A stretch of DNA of 46,086 nt from a virus (taxonomy: Duplodnaviria > Caudoviricetes): positions 1-46,086 of IMG/VR virus record IMGVR_UViG_3300037311_000080, one strand, 5' to 3'. The position numbers were made by a program, and so were the translations under genes. Each line of letters opens with the position of its first letter. Position 1 is the stretch's first letter. Shown one piece after another: positions 1 through 9,046 of this stretch. Below the pieces are notes generated by a model, which saw only the letters and a program-made list of their open reading frames with translations, was not told where the DNA came from and ran no database searches.

Positions 1-254
1 GGCGGAACAATTCACGGACAACGGGGCCACCGACGCTTTAATTATTACCTCTGTTTTGTACCCCGAAGACGGTTCTTTATCTATGAAAACGTTTTCGATT
101 GACGGGCGCAACGAAGGCAAAGATTTAGAAGACATAGAACTTTTTAAACTATGGATACTTTTAGCCGGAACGCTTCAAGAATCAAAAACTTTGCCGGCGT
201 CGAAAAAACAATTATTAAATACAACTTTTTTACAATTCAGCGAATCAATAAAAA
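1..254 (+). repeat. Terminal direct repeat, left copy (probable circular-assembly overlap)
   Basis: Identical to 45833-46086 except A127 vs T45959. Confidence 0.95.
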
Positions 255-268
255 AGGGTTGGTTATGA
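1..268 (+). CDS. Hypothetical protein, 3' part of the gene starting at 45762 across the circular junction
   Basis: Same frame as the ORF starting at ATG 45762; its TGA overlaps the next ATG (ATGA at 265-268). Confidence 0.7.
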   Translation, partial: AEQFTDNGATDALIITSVLYPEDGSLSMKTFSIDGRNEGKDLEDIELFKLWILLAGTLQESKTLPASKKQLLNTTFLQFSESIKKGWL

Positions 269-498
269 ACAACGGTTTGCAATTTCAAAACGCGATTCGA
301 ATTTTATTTTGCATGGGCGCAAAAGATTTTAAAGAGTGTTTCGGGGAAGGAAACGCCCCTTATCTTTGGGAAAAATTCACTATTGATTTCGGAAAACGCC
401 CCGACGATTTTATTTGCTACCTCGACCCGAACAATATCCAATTGCTGTTTGATTACGTAACACTTAAAAATTTTGAACAAGGTTTAATGCTAAAATGA
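265..498 (+). CDS. Hypothetical protein (77 aa)
   Basis: ATG 265 overlaps the upstream stop; stop overlaps ATG 495, so translational coupling on both sides. Confidence 0.7.
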   Translation: MNNGLQFQNAIRILFCMGAKDFKECFGEGNAPYLWEKFTIDFGKRPDDFICYLDPNNIQLLFDYVTLKNFEQGLMLK

Positions 499-1058
499 AG
501 GTTTTGATTGCCTGCGAATTTTCCGGCACGGTACGGGACGCTTTTTTAAAGCGCGGTCATGACGCTTGGTCGTGTGATTTATTACCTACGGATAAAGCAG
601 GCCCACATTTATTAGGCGACGTTTTTAATTTTATAAATCGGGATTGGGATTTAATGATAGCGCATCCGCCGTGTACATATTTATGCAATAGCGGCGTTTC
701 ATGGCTGCATAAAGATGCAAGTCGTTGGGAAAAAATGCGAGACGGCGCCCGCTTTTTCAAAAACCTTTTAGACGCTGATATAGAAAAAATTGCGGTTGAA
801 AATCCAATCATGCATAAATATGCGGTCGAAATTGTCGGACGTCGCCAAAATCAAGTTGTGCAACCGTGGCAATTCGGTCACGGCGAAAGCAAAGCAACTT
901 GTCTTTGGCTTAAAAATTTGCCACCGCTTAAACCTACAAAAATTGTTGACGGTCGGGAACAACGGTTACATTATTTACCGCCGTCAAAAGACCGTTGGAA
1001 ACTTCGTTCAATGACGTATAAAGGAATCGCCGAAGCAATGGCGAATCAATGGGGCTAA
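495..1058 (+). CDS. Phage DNA cytosine methyltransferase-like protein
   Basis: N-terminal SAM-binding-like LIACEFSG, catalytic-like AHPPC, and VENP motif. Confidence 0.75.
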   Translation: MKVLIACEFSGTVRDAFLKRGHDAWSCDLLPTDKAGPHLLGDVFNFINRDWDLMIAHPPCTYLCNSGVSWLHKDASRWEKMRDGARFFKNLLDADIEKIAVENPIMHKYAVEIVGRRQNQVVQPWQFGHGESKATCLWLKNLPPLKPTKIVDGREQRLHYLPPSKDRWKLRSMTYKGIAEAMANQWG

Positions 1059-1096
1059 AATTTTAAACCCTAAAATCGTTTTGCCACGTTTTAGGT

Positions 1097-1134
1097 AAAG
1101 CGTCGGGTGCGTTATGAACGTCCGGCGCTTTTTT
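1097..1134 (+). terminator. Probable Rho-independent terminator of the plus-strand early operon
   Basis: AGCGTCGGG...TCCGGCGCT stem (two G-U pairs) followed by a T run, 40 nt after the methylase stop. Confidence 0.6.
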
Positions 1135-1195
1135 ATTTCAAAAAGCCGAAAGGGGCTTGCGCCCCTCTCAACTAGCTGCTATTAACTTTTTTGTT

Positions 1196-1384
1196 ATGAC
1201 TTTAGATTCCTTCCAAGTCCTATTTATTATACTGTTCGCTTTTTTCTATTTTGCCAACGTGCATTTTCACCGATTTATGTTAGAAGAAATCGGCCCAAAA
1301 CATCGACTTAATTTTTGGCTTGCGCTTTTTTGGCCGGTTACTATTTGCGGTTTTTATCTTTGGCGATTTTTTAAAGGCTACTAA
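1196..1384 (+). CDS. Small membrane protein (two hydrophobic segments)
   Basis: VLFIILFAFFYFANV and FWLALFWPVTICGFYLW; ATG 1196 in the same frame as ORF 1157. Confidence 0.6.
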   Translation: MTLDSFQVLFIILFAFFYFANVHFHRFMLEEIGPKHRLNFWLALFWPVTICGFYLWRFFKGY

Positions 1385-1455
1385 GTGAAGCCGCCCAGGC
1401 GGGCGACCCCGATAGGATTTTTATTAACTGGTTAACCATACTTAAAGGCTAAAAC

Positions 1456-1587
1456 ATGGACCCTAAAATGCAAGAAGAAAAATGGACCCGCAGGACCGCC
1501 GACTTTATTCTAGGTTTTATGCTAGGGATAATCGTCGGCGGCAATTTAATAATCGTATGGATAGCCATTGGTGGCTTAAACGATTAA
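1456..1587 (+). CDS. Small single-pass membrane protein (43 aa; not in ORF track)
   Basis: Translated by hand: MDPKMQEEKWTRRTADFILGFMLGIIVGGNLIIVWIAIGGLND; AAAGG upstream; stop overlaps the convergent minus-strand gene. Confidence 0.5.
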   Translation: MDPKMQEEKWTRRTADFILGFMLGIIVGGNLIIVWIAIGGLND

Positions 1588-1943
1588 GGAACAACCGGCG
1601 GATTAAATCGCTTTTTAATTTCGAACTTGTTTTCTAACAGCACTATTTTTGAAAGCGCCGGCGCCGGATGCGTTAACTCTACGTCCGCGTTTGTCCATTT
1701 GTCATCGGCGTTAACCGTCGCCGTCGACGGAACACTTACCGCAATTTTACCCGCGCCGGGAGTTAAACCCGGAACCGGAACAGCAATGACCGTGCGCACG
1801 CCCGCGCAATTGGAAAATACGATATTCCCGCCGCTATAAATTGACAAGTCAATGGCTTGCCCGTCTTCATTTGTTAAAAATAAATCGAAATTTGCTTCAC
1901 TACCGACAATGATTGTCGCTTTATCTAAATCGCAGTTATTCAT
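1584..1943 (-). CDS. Putative virion structural protein (BppU N-terminal-like beta-sandwich)
   Basis: LFLTNEDGQAIDLS motif, beta-rich; GAAGGGG RBS before ATG 1943; last gene of the late operon. Confidence 0.5.
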   Translation of the reverse strand: MNNCDLDKATIIVGSEANFDLFLTNEDGQAIDLSIYSGGNIVFSNCAGVRTVIAVPVPGLTPGAGKIAVSVPSTATVNADDKWTNADVELTHPAPALSKIVLLENKFEIKKRFNPPVVP

Positions 1944-2430
1944 AAACAACCCCTTCTATTTCTTGATTTTGATAGATGTTACCTTTTATCTCTGCTTTTT
2001 GTTCAATGCGTGCTGCGATTTTAACCGCTTTAATCGCCCCTCTAATGCGTTCACGTTCAAAGACTACACTTTGTACCCGCCCCGCTTTAATTGTTCCTTG
2101 TACCGCGGACGGCGACCGCTGAAAGGCGGTAGGGTCAAGCGTATCAAGTTCAAATACGTCTAGCCCTTGTGTATAGTTTTGGTCTAGCGCCGTGTAAAGG
2201 GCATCCGAAAACACGCGGTAAATAACGTGAACCTGATCTAAAGACGGCATTTGTACGGCATTGTTCCCATACGCCCCTAAACCTAAATGCGTTAAATTAA
2301 CAAAGTCTCCTAAAATTACAGCGCCCGCTTTGTCCCGAAAATACGCGCGCACGTATTTATCCGTTCGCCCGTCCGACAACGACAACTTTAGTTTTAGTTC
2401 TTCATTTATTTTGCGTTTAAATTCGCCCAT
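1936..2430 (-). CDS. Hypothetical protein, probably structural
   Basis: 164-aa ORF coupled to both neighbours in the late operon. Confidence 0.6.
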   Translation of the reverse strand: MGEFKRKINEELKLKLSLSDGRTDKYVRAYFRDKAGAVILGDFVNLTHLGLGAYGNNAVQMPSLDQVHVIYRVFSDALYTALDQNYTQGLDVFELDTLDPTAFQRSPSAVQGTIKAGRVQSVVFERERIRGAIKAVKIAARIEQKAEIKGNIYQNQEIEGVVYE

Positions 2431-2879
2431 TATTTACCTTTATGAAACGAAAAAATTTCTTTTTCTTCGGGGTTTTCAAGTTCGTCAAGCGAGTTAATAC
2501 AATGATTTTCTTCGCCCGCGATTATAAACGCCATGTAATCAACAAAACGCGAAAGCCAATAAGCCAAAAAATGAGGCCGATTTGAAAGCAAAGCACGACC
2601 AAGCCTACCGGACAAAGTTTCGTCATAATCGCCCCCTAAAATAGTGTTTCCTAATTGGTCGACTGCGGCCATACGATTGCGCCCGTAGCGACGTAAAATT
2701 TCAGACTGAAATAAAATTCCATTTGTATAAATCACCGCTGAAATTCCGACTTCCAAAATCATAATCGGAAAATATAAAAGAAAAGTAATAATTATGTAGG
2801 TGCGCAAAGGGAAAAAGCGCAGCACGCTAAACATCGTTATTAAAGCCCAAACGGTGAAAAATACAATGAACGCTATCAC
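2430..2879 (-). CDS. Membrane protein of a conserved uncharacterised phage family
   Basis: Hydrophobic N-terminal half followed by a DQxxN..GG..DETLSGRLG motif that I recognise from phage tail/lysis regions. Confidence 0.6.
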   Translation of the reverse strand: MIAFIVFFTVWALITMFSVLRFFPLRTYIIITFLLYFPIMILEVGISAVIYTNGILFQSEILRRYGRNRMAAVDQLGNTILGGDYDETLSGRLGRALLSNRPHFLAYWLSRFVDYMAFIIAGEENHCINSLDELENPEEKEIFSFHKGK

Positions 2880-3445
2880 GGCGCCCCCGTTGGGCCGAAT
2901 GGATATTGGCCTTTTGGTACTTGTTCCATGTAGGTTAAAATTTGTGGGTCGCCGCCGAATTCAATCGCTTTTGCTTTAATCCAACTTAAATAAAGTTCTT
3001 TTTTTTCTGTAGTAAAAACGTTAAGAGGGGCGATTTCATTTGCAAAATGGCGTAGTGCAAATTCAAAAAATCCGTCTTTTAACATATTTCGAAGCGGCAT
3101 TAAGAGTTCATAAAGCGGTAAAATTTGCGTGTCTAAATAGCCGTTCATGCCTCCTTGATTGTTCATATCGGAAATAATTCGTCGATATACGGCCCAACCG
3201 TCTAATTGTTTTTGTAACGTCTCTTTGTAAATTTCTTCTAAAATTGAAACCTCTACGAAATTATTTACGTGCAAAGTCACGGCGTCGATTTGCGGTTGAG
3301 TTAAATTTTCAGAAAATTCTAATTTAATTTCATTACCTTTCGCCGTTAAGCCGCGGTAGATAGTGTCGACTAGCTCATGTCCCCGAAGTTCAGCGTCAAG
3401 TTTTCCTAAGTTTTGAATGCCTTTTATAATTGTTAAAATATTCAT
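2876..3445 (-). CDS. Putative fibre assembly/chaperone protein
   Basis: Directly follows the 407-aa fibre (TAATG coupling at 3445); helical C-terminus resembles that of 9047-9718. Confidence 0.5.
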   Translation of the reverse strand: MNILTIIKGIQNLGKLDAELRGHELVDTIYRGLTAKGNEIKLEFSENLTQPQIDAVTLHVNNFVEVSILEEIYKETLQKQLDGWAVYRRIISDMNNQGGMNGYLDTQILPLYELLMPLRNMLKDGFFEFALRHFANEIAPLNVFTTEKKELYLSWIKAKAIEFGGDPQILTYMEQVPKGQYPFGPTGAP

Positions 3446-4668
3446 TATGTCATTCTCCATATTTCCGCGCGGACGTTGTTAACGGTCGTTGTTACGCCGC
3501 CAGCTTCGTTTCGCACTCGTAATTCAATCGTGTGTGTTGCGACGGTTCCAAAAGTAATATATCTAAACACTGAACGCGGTAAATTTTGCGTTGCGGTTTC
3601 GGAATGTTCCTCTCTCCATTCTGTTCCTTGTAAAACGCCGTCAATATAAAGACCAAAAATAGCGTCACTTGTCGCCGCTGAAATTGTCCAATCCCAAAAA
3701 AGACCAATTCTATAGCGCCCCGTTGGTTTACTTGCGGTTGTAAAACTCGCCGCCGCGACGTTCGTTGTCGACGTCGTAGTAAATACCGTCGCGTCTTCAA
3801 AGTCTTGAAATTGGTCGCCTAATGCAAGGGCGGGACCGTTTGTAATTGCAGTAATTTGCCCTTGAGCATTTACAGTCATGTTTACAAGCGTTGTCGCCCC
3901 ATAGGAACCCGCAGTTACGCCGGTTGCGGCAATTGATAACGTTCTATCCGCGGTCAAATCCCCGCCGCCTGTTAGCCCCGTGCCGGTTGCGATATTGCGG
4001 TTAAAAAGCGTTGTAATTTGCGCCTGTAGTTTTCCAATAGCAATTAAAATACTATCGGTGGCAACGACCGCGGTCGATGTTGCAAAAGAAATGCCGGTTA
4101 AAACAACGCCTAAAACGGCGGTTGCTAAATCGGAAATAGTCGCAGCTAACTGCATTCCCGTATGATTACTTCTATTTCTATTTGCCGTATCACGCGCGTT
4201 AAGCTCCGTCGTTGTTTCATAATTCGGATGCGGGTCGGCGGCAACAACGTGGGCCGCGACCGCTGCGGTTGCTGTTCCCGCAGGGTCCGCACCGACTTGC
4301 GCCGCGGTTGTATTATGCGGATTCGCGGTGTTTCCAATATGTGAATCAATTTGTGCGTGCGTGTTTGAACCCGCGCCGCTTAAACTTTGGTGCAAAATAT
4401 TTGCCGGCACTATATCAATATTTAAAACGTTACTAACATCGTCGTAGACGACTGAAACTTTATTCGACGCCGCTTGAATAAAAGTTCCAATAATGTCTTG
4501 CACGTCTTCGGCACTTAGACCGGTTGCAAAAGTAAAAATATTTCCGTTTGGAAGTTTCATTCGATATGTTGACCCGACGGCATATAAAAACACCGTGCCC
4601 GCGGCGGGCGTATTAGGCGGGTCGCCTGCTAGAATGGGAATTGTAAAGCCGCCTTGAATTAAACTCAT
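3445..4668 (-). CDS. Fibre-like virion protein (407 aa)
   Basis: A/T/G-rich; HxxxxxNPH and HxxAADPHPNY fibre repeats, TGTGLTGGGDL and GVTAGSYG..VNAQGQIT fibre motifs. Confidence 0.75.
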   Translation of the reverse strand: MSLIQGGFTIPILAGDPPNTPAAGTVFLYAVGSTYRMKLPNGNIFTFATGLSAEDVQDIIGTFIQAASNKVSVVYDDVSNVLNIDIVPANILHQSLSGAGSNTHAQIDSHIGNTANPHNTTAAQVGADPAGTATAAVAAHVVAADPHPNYETTTELNARDTANRNRSNHTGMQLAATISDLATAVLGVVLTGISFATSTAVVATDSILIAIGKLQAQITTLFNRNIATGTGLTGGGDLTADRTLSIAATGVTAGSYGATTLVNMTVNAQGQITAITNGPALALGDQFQDFEDATVFTTTSTTNVAAASFTTASKPTGRYRIGLFWDWTISAATSDAIFGLYIDGVLQGTEWREEHSETATQNLPRSVFRYITFGTVATHTIELRVRNEAGGVTTTVNNVRAEIWRMT

Positions 4669-4671
4669 ATA

Positions 4672-5010
4672 TTAACCTTCCTTTAAAACAAAACTTCCGC
4701 CGGTTTGAACTTCAAAACATCCGTTTTGCGTTACTTGAAATTCACCATGAACGGTCATTTGCTGATTTTGCGGAATCGTAATCGCTTCGTCGACCGTGTG
4801 ATAACTAAAATTTCCGACGCCGACTTTTTGCCAAACACCCGTCAACGCTCCGTTATGTTTCCATATCGTACCATCGCTTTGCGTGTAAACGGTCGGCACG
4901 TCCGGCGTCGGAAGTGCTACAAGCGGGGAATCAACCCCGCCCGTATATAAAGGGCCGTCAATAATTTGTAGCCCTTCTTCGACTTCATGAACGCGCGTTA
5001 AATCAATCAT
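4672..5010 (-). CDS. Putative structural/fibre-associated protein (112 aa)
   Basis: N-terminus resembles that of 5010-6185 (HEVEEGLQI vs HGIEKALRI; YTQSDGTIWK vs YLRTNGTLYQK). Confidence 0.55.
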   Translation of the reverse strand: MIDLTRVHEVEEGLQIIDGPLYTGGVDSPLVALPTPDVPTVYTQSDGTIWKHNGALTGVWQKVGVGNFSYHTVDEAITIPQNQQMTVHGEFQVTQNGCFEVQTGGSFVLKEG

Positions 5011-6185
5011 TAGAATTGAACTTCTTCCCGTTTCGCGTAGACATTCACGCCGCCGACTTCCGAAGACGCTACATTCAAGCGAATAACTTGACCCGCACCT
5101 GCGCCGCTTAGTGAAACACTTAAATCAGCGTTAAAATTTGCACCAAGTTTCAGTTTGGAATAAACAGTATCGTCGACGTTTGTCGCATCCGCGGCGGTGT
5201 GTCCGTTATGGCCTGCAAAAACTTCGTAATGCTTTTTATTTTGCGGAGCGGATTGTCTTTCAATTGTAACATACCATTTAACCGCGCTTGCTTTATCAAC
5301 TAAAACAGAGTCAACGACCGCGAGAGTCGTAACCCCCAAAGCCGTTGAACGTCCGCCGTCTTCAATTGCCGACTCCAAAGATTGAAGCGCCTGCTTTACC
5401 GTTTGGTTATCGGGAATTGTTTCGCCCGTAAACGTGCCTAAATTGGTTGAACCTTGAGCGACTCCCAAAGTTGTTTGAATGTCTTGCTGATTTCCGTCGA
5501 GTTTTTCGATTGCACTGTTAACAGTGTCCGCGCTCGAAACGGTTCCGTTTCGCGAAGAATAACCCGTAGCCATTGAAACGCCGTCGGCAAAAGCGAGATT
5601 AAAATCGCCGACTTTGACAATTACGCCGCCGGAATAAACGACAATGGCTTGCTTTTCTTGTGCGTTACCTACGTCCGGTAAATAATGATGAACGATAAAA
5701 GCGTCGTCTTCTACAAAAGGTGTTAGCACTTCTTCGACTGTAATGTTCGGGCTTGCGACCGCAGTTACTTTAAAAAGTTTTGGAACGCCATCGGAGTCAT
5801 AAATAATATGGTCGTTTACAGCAAAATCCGCGGCGGCAAGTGTCGCGCCGTCGTCATCACTGAAAGGGGAAGACGTTAAGTTAATCGTCGAAGGGCTAGA
5901 AGGGGCCGCGCCTGTAGTTACTGCGACGATTCTTTCGGGTCTAAACGCCCCGATTTGTACGTTTGAACTTCCGTTTAATTGCCAATCGGAAAGGGCCGCA
6001 GCATTTGCGACTTTTTGATAAAGCGTCCCGTTTGTTCGTAAATACATCGACCCAATGGGGGCCGCGTCCTGTTCGCCGGCGTCTCCGCCCGGAGCGCCCG
6101 CGCCAAAAAGTAAATCAATAAATTCGGTGTCCGAATTTTCTTTGTAAATTCTAAGTGCTTTTTCTATACCGTGATTAACGCGCAT
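5010..6185 (-). CDS. Putative structural fibre/appendage protein (391 aa)
   Basis: GAGAP..APIGSMYLRT motif, DTVNSAIEKLD and TVKQALQSLE short coils, beta-rich C-terminal domain. Confidence 0.65.
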   Translation of the reverse strand: MRVNHGIEKALRIYKENSDTEFIDLLFGAGAPGGDAGEQDAAPIGSMYLRTNGTLYQKVANAAALSDWQLNGSSNVQIGAFRPERIVAVTTGAAPSSPSTINLTSSPFSDDDGATLAAADFAVNDHIIYDSDGVPKLFKVTAVASPNITVEEVLTPFVEDDAFIVHHYLPDVGNAQEKQAIVVYSGGVIVKVGDFNLAFADGVSMATGYSSRNGTVSSADTVNSAIEKLDGNQQDIQTTLGVAQGSTNLGTFTGETIPDNQTVKQALQSLESAIEDGGRSTALGVTTLAVVDSVLVDKASAVKWYVTIERQSAPQNKKHYEVFAGHNGHTAADATNVDDTVYSKLKLGANFNADLSVSLSGAGAGQVIRLNVASSEVGGVNVYAKREEVQF

Positions 6186-6206
6186 TTATGTCCCCCTCTA
6201 AGATGT

Positions 6207-6530
6207 TTAAAACTTTGCACGCAATAAAATTACGTCTAAATTATATGCTTCGTTATTGATTATGACTAGCTCTGTACTGGACCCGTTTAAAACGGCGTTT
6301 ACAGCGACGTTTATAATGTCCCCCGACTTGGAGTAGACTTCGTCGATTATCGTCGCTTGTAGCTTATTTATTTTGATTACAAGCGACTTTGTTTTGTTAT
6401 TCCCATGAAAACTAACTTTATATTCCACGGCGCGGAATTCACTGTTTAAAATAGCGTCCGCGACCTTTGTTTGGCCGGCGTTGACGCTAGTTTGAAAACG
6501 ATTCCAGACTTGGAATATACTTTCGGCCAT
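6207..6530 (-). CDS. Putative structural protein, stand-alone beta domain
   Basis: Resembles the C-terminal domain of 5010-6185 (IDEVYSK vs DDTVYSK). Confidence 0.55.
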   Translation of the reverse strand: MAESIFQVWNRFQTSVNAGQTKVADAILNSEFRAVEYKVSFHGNNKTKSLVIKINKLQATIIDEVYSKSGDIINVAVNAVLNGSSTELVIINNEAYNLDVILLRAKF

Positions 6531-7792
6531 TAGGCTTTTACCTTTCCTACTCGTAAATCAGTTTCGTTAACCATGATTAAATCAAATTCTTTTTGGCCTG
6601 CGGCTTTTAGGTACGCGTCGCCGGTCGCTTTAAATAGCGTCCACAACTTCGGCGCAATTGTAATGCAGCCTAAAGAACTTGTTCCATTTACGCCGCCACG
6701 GTGTACGTTACACCCAAACATTCCCGTATTTTCATAGTTTGGATTTCCGTCGCGCACGACTGTAATCGGTCCGCCTTGTCTAAAAGCAAGGTGCGGAACA
6801 GACCCATTATGCATTCCAGGAAAATATTTCGGCCAACGGCCTACTTTTACGTTCGCCATTCCTTTAGACGCGCCAAAACCAAAACCCTTGCGCACGCGCG
6901 AGGGGTCGGTATTACCTTGAAACGTATAAAAACTTTCGGGGCGATACCATATTGCGGCGTCGTCATAAATCCCGCGGTCGTTTTGTCCTTTAACGCCCAT
7001 TGAATCTAAATAATACCCGCGAATACAAACTAGATTTACTTTGGATACGTCGCCCCCATTTGCTTTAATAATTTCTTCAATACGTTGTTTAGAAATACGC
7101 GGGCCTACGCCTTCGGATAAAATAAGTTTTGTCTGCGCAACGCCGCCCGTTTCGGGGTTATCGGGAATCGTACCGGGTTCCCCTTTAGACTCCGACGGGA
7201 ATAATTTTTCAAAAAGTTTAATAATTAATTGTTTAAATGGTTCGAACCAAGACGGTGTTTCGATAACGTCTTGGTCGAATTCCATTTCGCCTTTTTCTTC
7301 GATTTTGATTTCTTCTTTAACCAAAACCGGCGTTAGAAAAAGTTCGCGTTCGTCGGTGCGACGGCGTGTTAGCCCTTTTAAAACTTGTCCGCCGGCTTTG
7401 TTCCATTTCAAAAATTCGTCCGCGGCGCCGAGATATTCTTTAGCATTCAATTTTTTTAGTAGCGTAGAATCGCCTAAACCTTCCGCCTTGTCGTCGGCGT
7501 CAATGTCCGCACCTACATTATAGGCAAAGGAAACAAGCGCGCAAAATTGATTGTCGTTGCATTCAACTTTAATAAGACTTTCAACGCTTTTAACAAAGCC
7601 CATAACTTCATGTTCTAAATATGATTGCGCTTGTTCTTTGGTTATCACGTCGCCCATTTGCACGGGCTTTCCGGTAGGGTAACGAATACAACCCCAACCG
7701 ATAGTTGGAATTCCTACGGGGTCTTTGTAGGCTTTTAAATAGAGGCCTTCAAATTTTTTTATAATTTCATAGGCGGGGTTTAAGTTACGCAT
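6530..7792 (-). CDS. Endolysin: GH24 lysozyme domain fused to a C-terminal YkuD/L,D-transpeptidase-like domain
   Basis: FEG-x-YKD-x-PTIGWG (E-x8-D-x5-T) and GLTRRR for GH24; NVHRGG..SSLGCITI His/Cys motif in the C-terminal half. Confidence 0.85.
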   Translation of the reverse strand: MRNLNPAYEIIKKFEGLYLKAYKDPVGIPTIGWGCIRYPTGKPVQMGDVITKEQAQSYLEHEVMGFVKSVESLIKVECNDNQFCALVSFAYNVGADIDADDKAEGLGDSTLLKKLNAKEYLGAADEFLKWNKAGGQVLKGLTRRRTDERELFLTPVLVKEEIKIEEKGEMEFDQDVIETPSWFEPFKQLIIKLFEKLFPSESKGEPGTIPDNPETGGVAQTKLILSEGVGPRISKQRIEEIIKANGGDVSKVNLVCIRGYYLDSMGVKGQNDRGIYDDAAIWYRPESFYTFQGNTDPSRVRKGFGFGASKGMANVKVGRWPKYFPGMHNGSVPHLAFRQGGPITVVRDGNPNYENTGMFGCNVHRGGVNGTSSLGCITIAPKLWTLFKATGDAYLKAAGQKEFDLIMVNETDLRVGKVKA

Positions 7793-7803
7793 TTAGACTT
7801 CCT

Positions 7804-8217
7804 TTATTTTTGTAGTGACATTGCTTTTTCGACAATGCCGTCAAGTTGTTTTATAAAATTATCAATTGATTGCATTTCTTGTTCGCAATCGGGGCCCGCC
7901 ATAATGCAAGCCTTTAACCATGACTTTTTTATCGCCGTCCATGTTTCCGGCGGAATCATTAACATATACGGACGCATTTCTAACCAAACTTCGGTCGGCA
8001 AAATTTTATAATCGTCGCGCAAAGTCCATACTTCGAGGGCTTCGGGTTCGTCGCCGAAGGGAAGTTCGCGGTAAACCGCAACGTCGGGAATATATGTTTT
8101 AAGGCTTTGACACCTTAATGCGGACAAACTTGCGAGTAGTATCAATAACAGCTTGCCGAAGTTCCCGCTTCTGTTCTTCCGTAAGTATTTTTTTCTTTGC
8201 GCCAATATAAGCGTCAT
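7804..8217 (-). CDS. Putative lipoprotein, possible outer-membrane spanin
   Basis: Basic stretch, hydrophobic LLLILLASLSAL, then Cys; non-canonical lipobox; overlaps the upstream gene by 119 nt; adjacent to lysin. Confidence 0.4.
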   Translation of the reverse strand: MTLILAQRKKYLRKNRSGNFGKLLLILLASLSALRCQSLKTYIPDVAVYRELPFGDEPEALEVWTLRDDYKILPTEVWLEMRPYMLMIPPETWTAIKKSWLKACIMAGPDCEQEMQSIDNFIKQLDGIVEKAMSLQK

Positions 8218-8473
8218 AAATTGCCTTTTTATAATCTTTTTCTTCGAGTTCTACTCTGCGCTCCATGCGCGCAATATCTAAAACTAAAATTCCGTAATCG
8301 ACTAAAAAGTAAATAAACTTTTCAGCAAAAAAACCAATAACCCAACCGATAGGACCGGAAAACATAAACGCCGCTTTGGGCGCAAGTTTTGTTAAAAGTT
8401 TAAGTCCGCTTTTTACAGCGAACTTAACCATGAACAAATTTCTAGTTCTAATCGGTTCGGGTAAACCTAGCAT
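8099..8473 (-). CDS. Membrane-associated lysis-region protein, possible inner-membrane spanin
   Basis: Hydrophobic GPIGWVIGFF..FIYFLVDYGILVL followed by a charged helical tail. Confidence 0.4.
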   Translation of the reverse strand: MLGLPEPIRTRNLFMVKFAVKSGLKLLTKLAPKAAFMFSGPIGWVIGFFAEKFIYFLVDYGILVLDIARMERRVELEEKDYKKAIYDAYIGAKKKILTEEQKRELRQAVIDTTRKFVRIKVSKP

Positions 8474-8697
8474 TAGCCGACTTTGTTAATTTTTTCCGCT
8501 TCGGCTAGAACATACGCTTTAGCTTGCGGGTAAAAAGGTTTTAACAAATTATCATACGGCGTTGCTGATAAATCGGCGGACTTTTCAAGCCAATCAAAAA
8601 CCGCGATTACAACCGCTTTTGCAGCTTCTTCCGCGACTTCCGCACCTTGTTCTTTTAGTCCGTCTACGAGACCTTTAAAATCATACGCTTTTTCCAT
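8473..8697 (-). CDS. Hypothetical protein (74 aa)
   Basis: GAAGGT RBS, coupled to the next gene. Confidence 0.7.
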   Translation of the reverse strand: MEKAYDFKGLVDGLKEQGAEVAEEAAKAVVIAVFDWLEKSADLSATPYDNLLKPFYPQAKAYVLAEAEKINKVG

Positions 8698-8700
8698 ACG

Positions 8701-9030
8701 CTACCTTCCTTTCAGGTTTTGGTTTAAATTATAAATACGATTGTCGAGTGTTTCGAGTTTCGTCGTTATATCTTTTTTCATTTCTTTTTGGCCGTCGACA
8801 ATGTCTTGAAATCGCGTTATCGCAAAATCATGGCGAACGTCGACGTATTCAATTATCTGTTTTTTATCAAGTTCAATTTGTGTTTTGAACGTGTCTTCAA
8901 CGGTTGCAATTTTGGCTTCGAAAACGCCTAAAGCGACAATGCCGGAACCAATGCCCGCACTTGTCGCCGTCTTTACGTTCGCCGAATCAAACACCGTTTG
9001 AAAAATTACGGTAAAAATTTTTCCTAGCAT
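8701..9030 (-). CDS. Hypothetical membrane-anchored coiled-coil protein, possible holin-like function
   Basis: Weak TM segment AGIGSGIVALGVF plus coiled-coil C-terminus; first gene of the lysis region. Confidence 0.4.
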   Translation of the reverse strand: MLGKIFTVIFQTVFDSANVKTATSAGIGSGIVALGVFEAKIATVEDTFKTQIELDKKQIIEYVDVRHDFAITRFQDIVDGQKEMKKDITTKLETLDNRIYNLNQNLKGR

Positions 9031-9046
9031 CCGTGCCCGCCTTTAA

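Noticed and set aside
1-254. Biological direct terminal repeat of the virion DNA
   Set aside because: It falls in the middle of a gene, and the gpA-type terminase plus cos-like site point to cohesive ends elsewhere; assembly overlap is more likely
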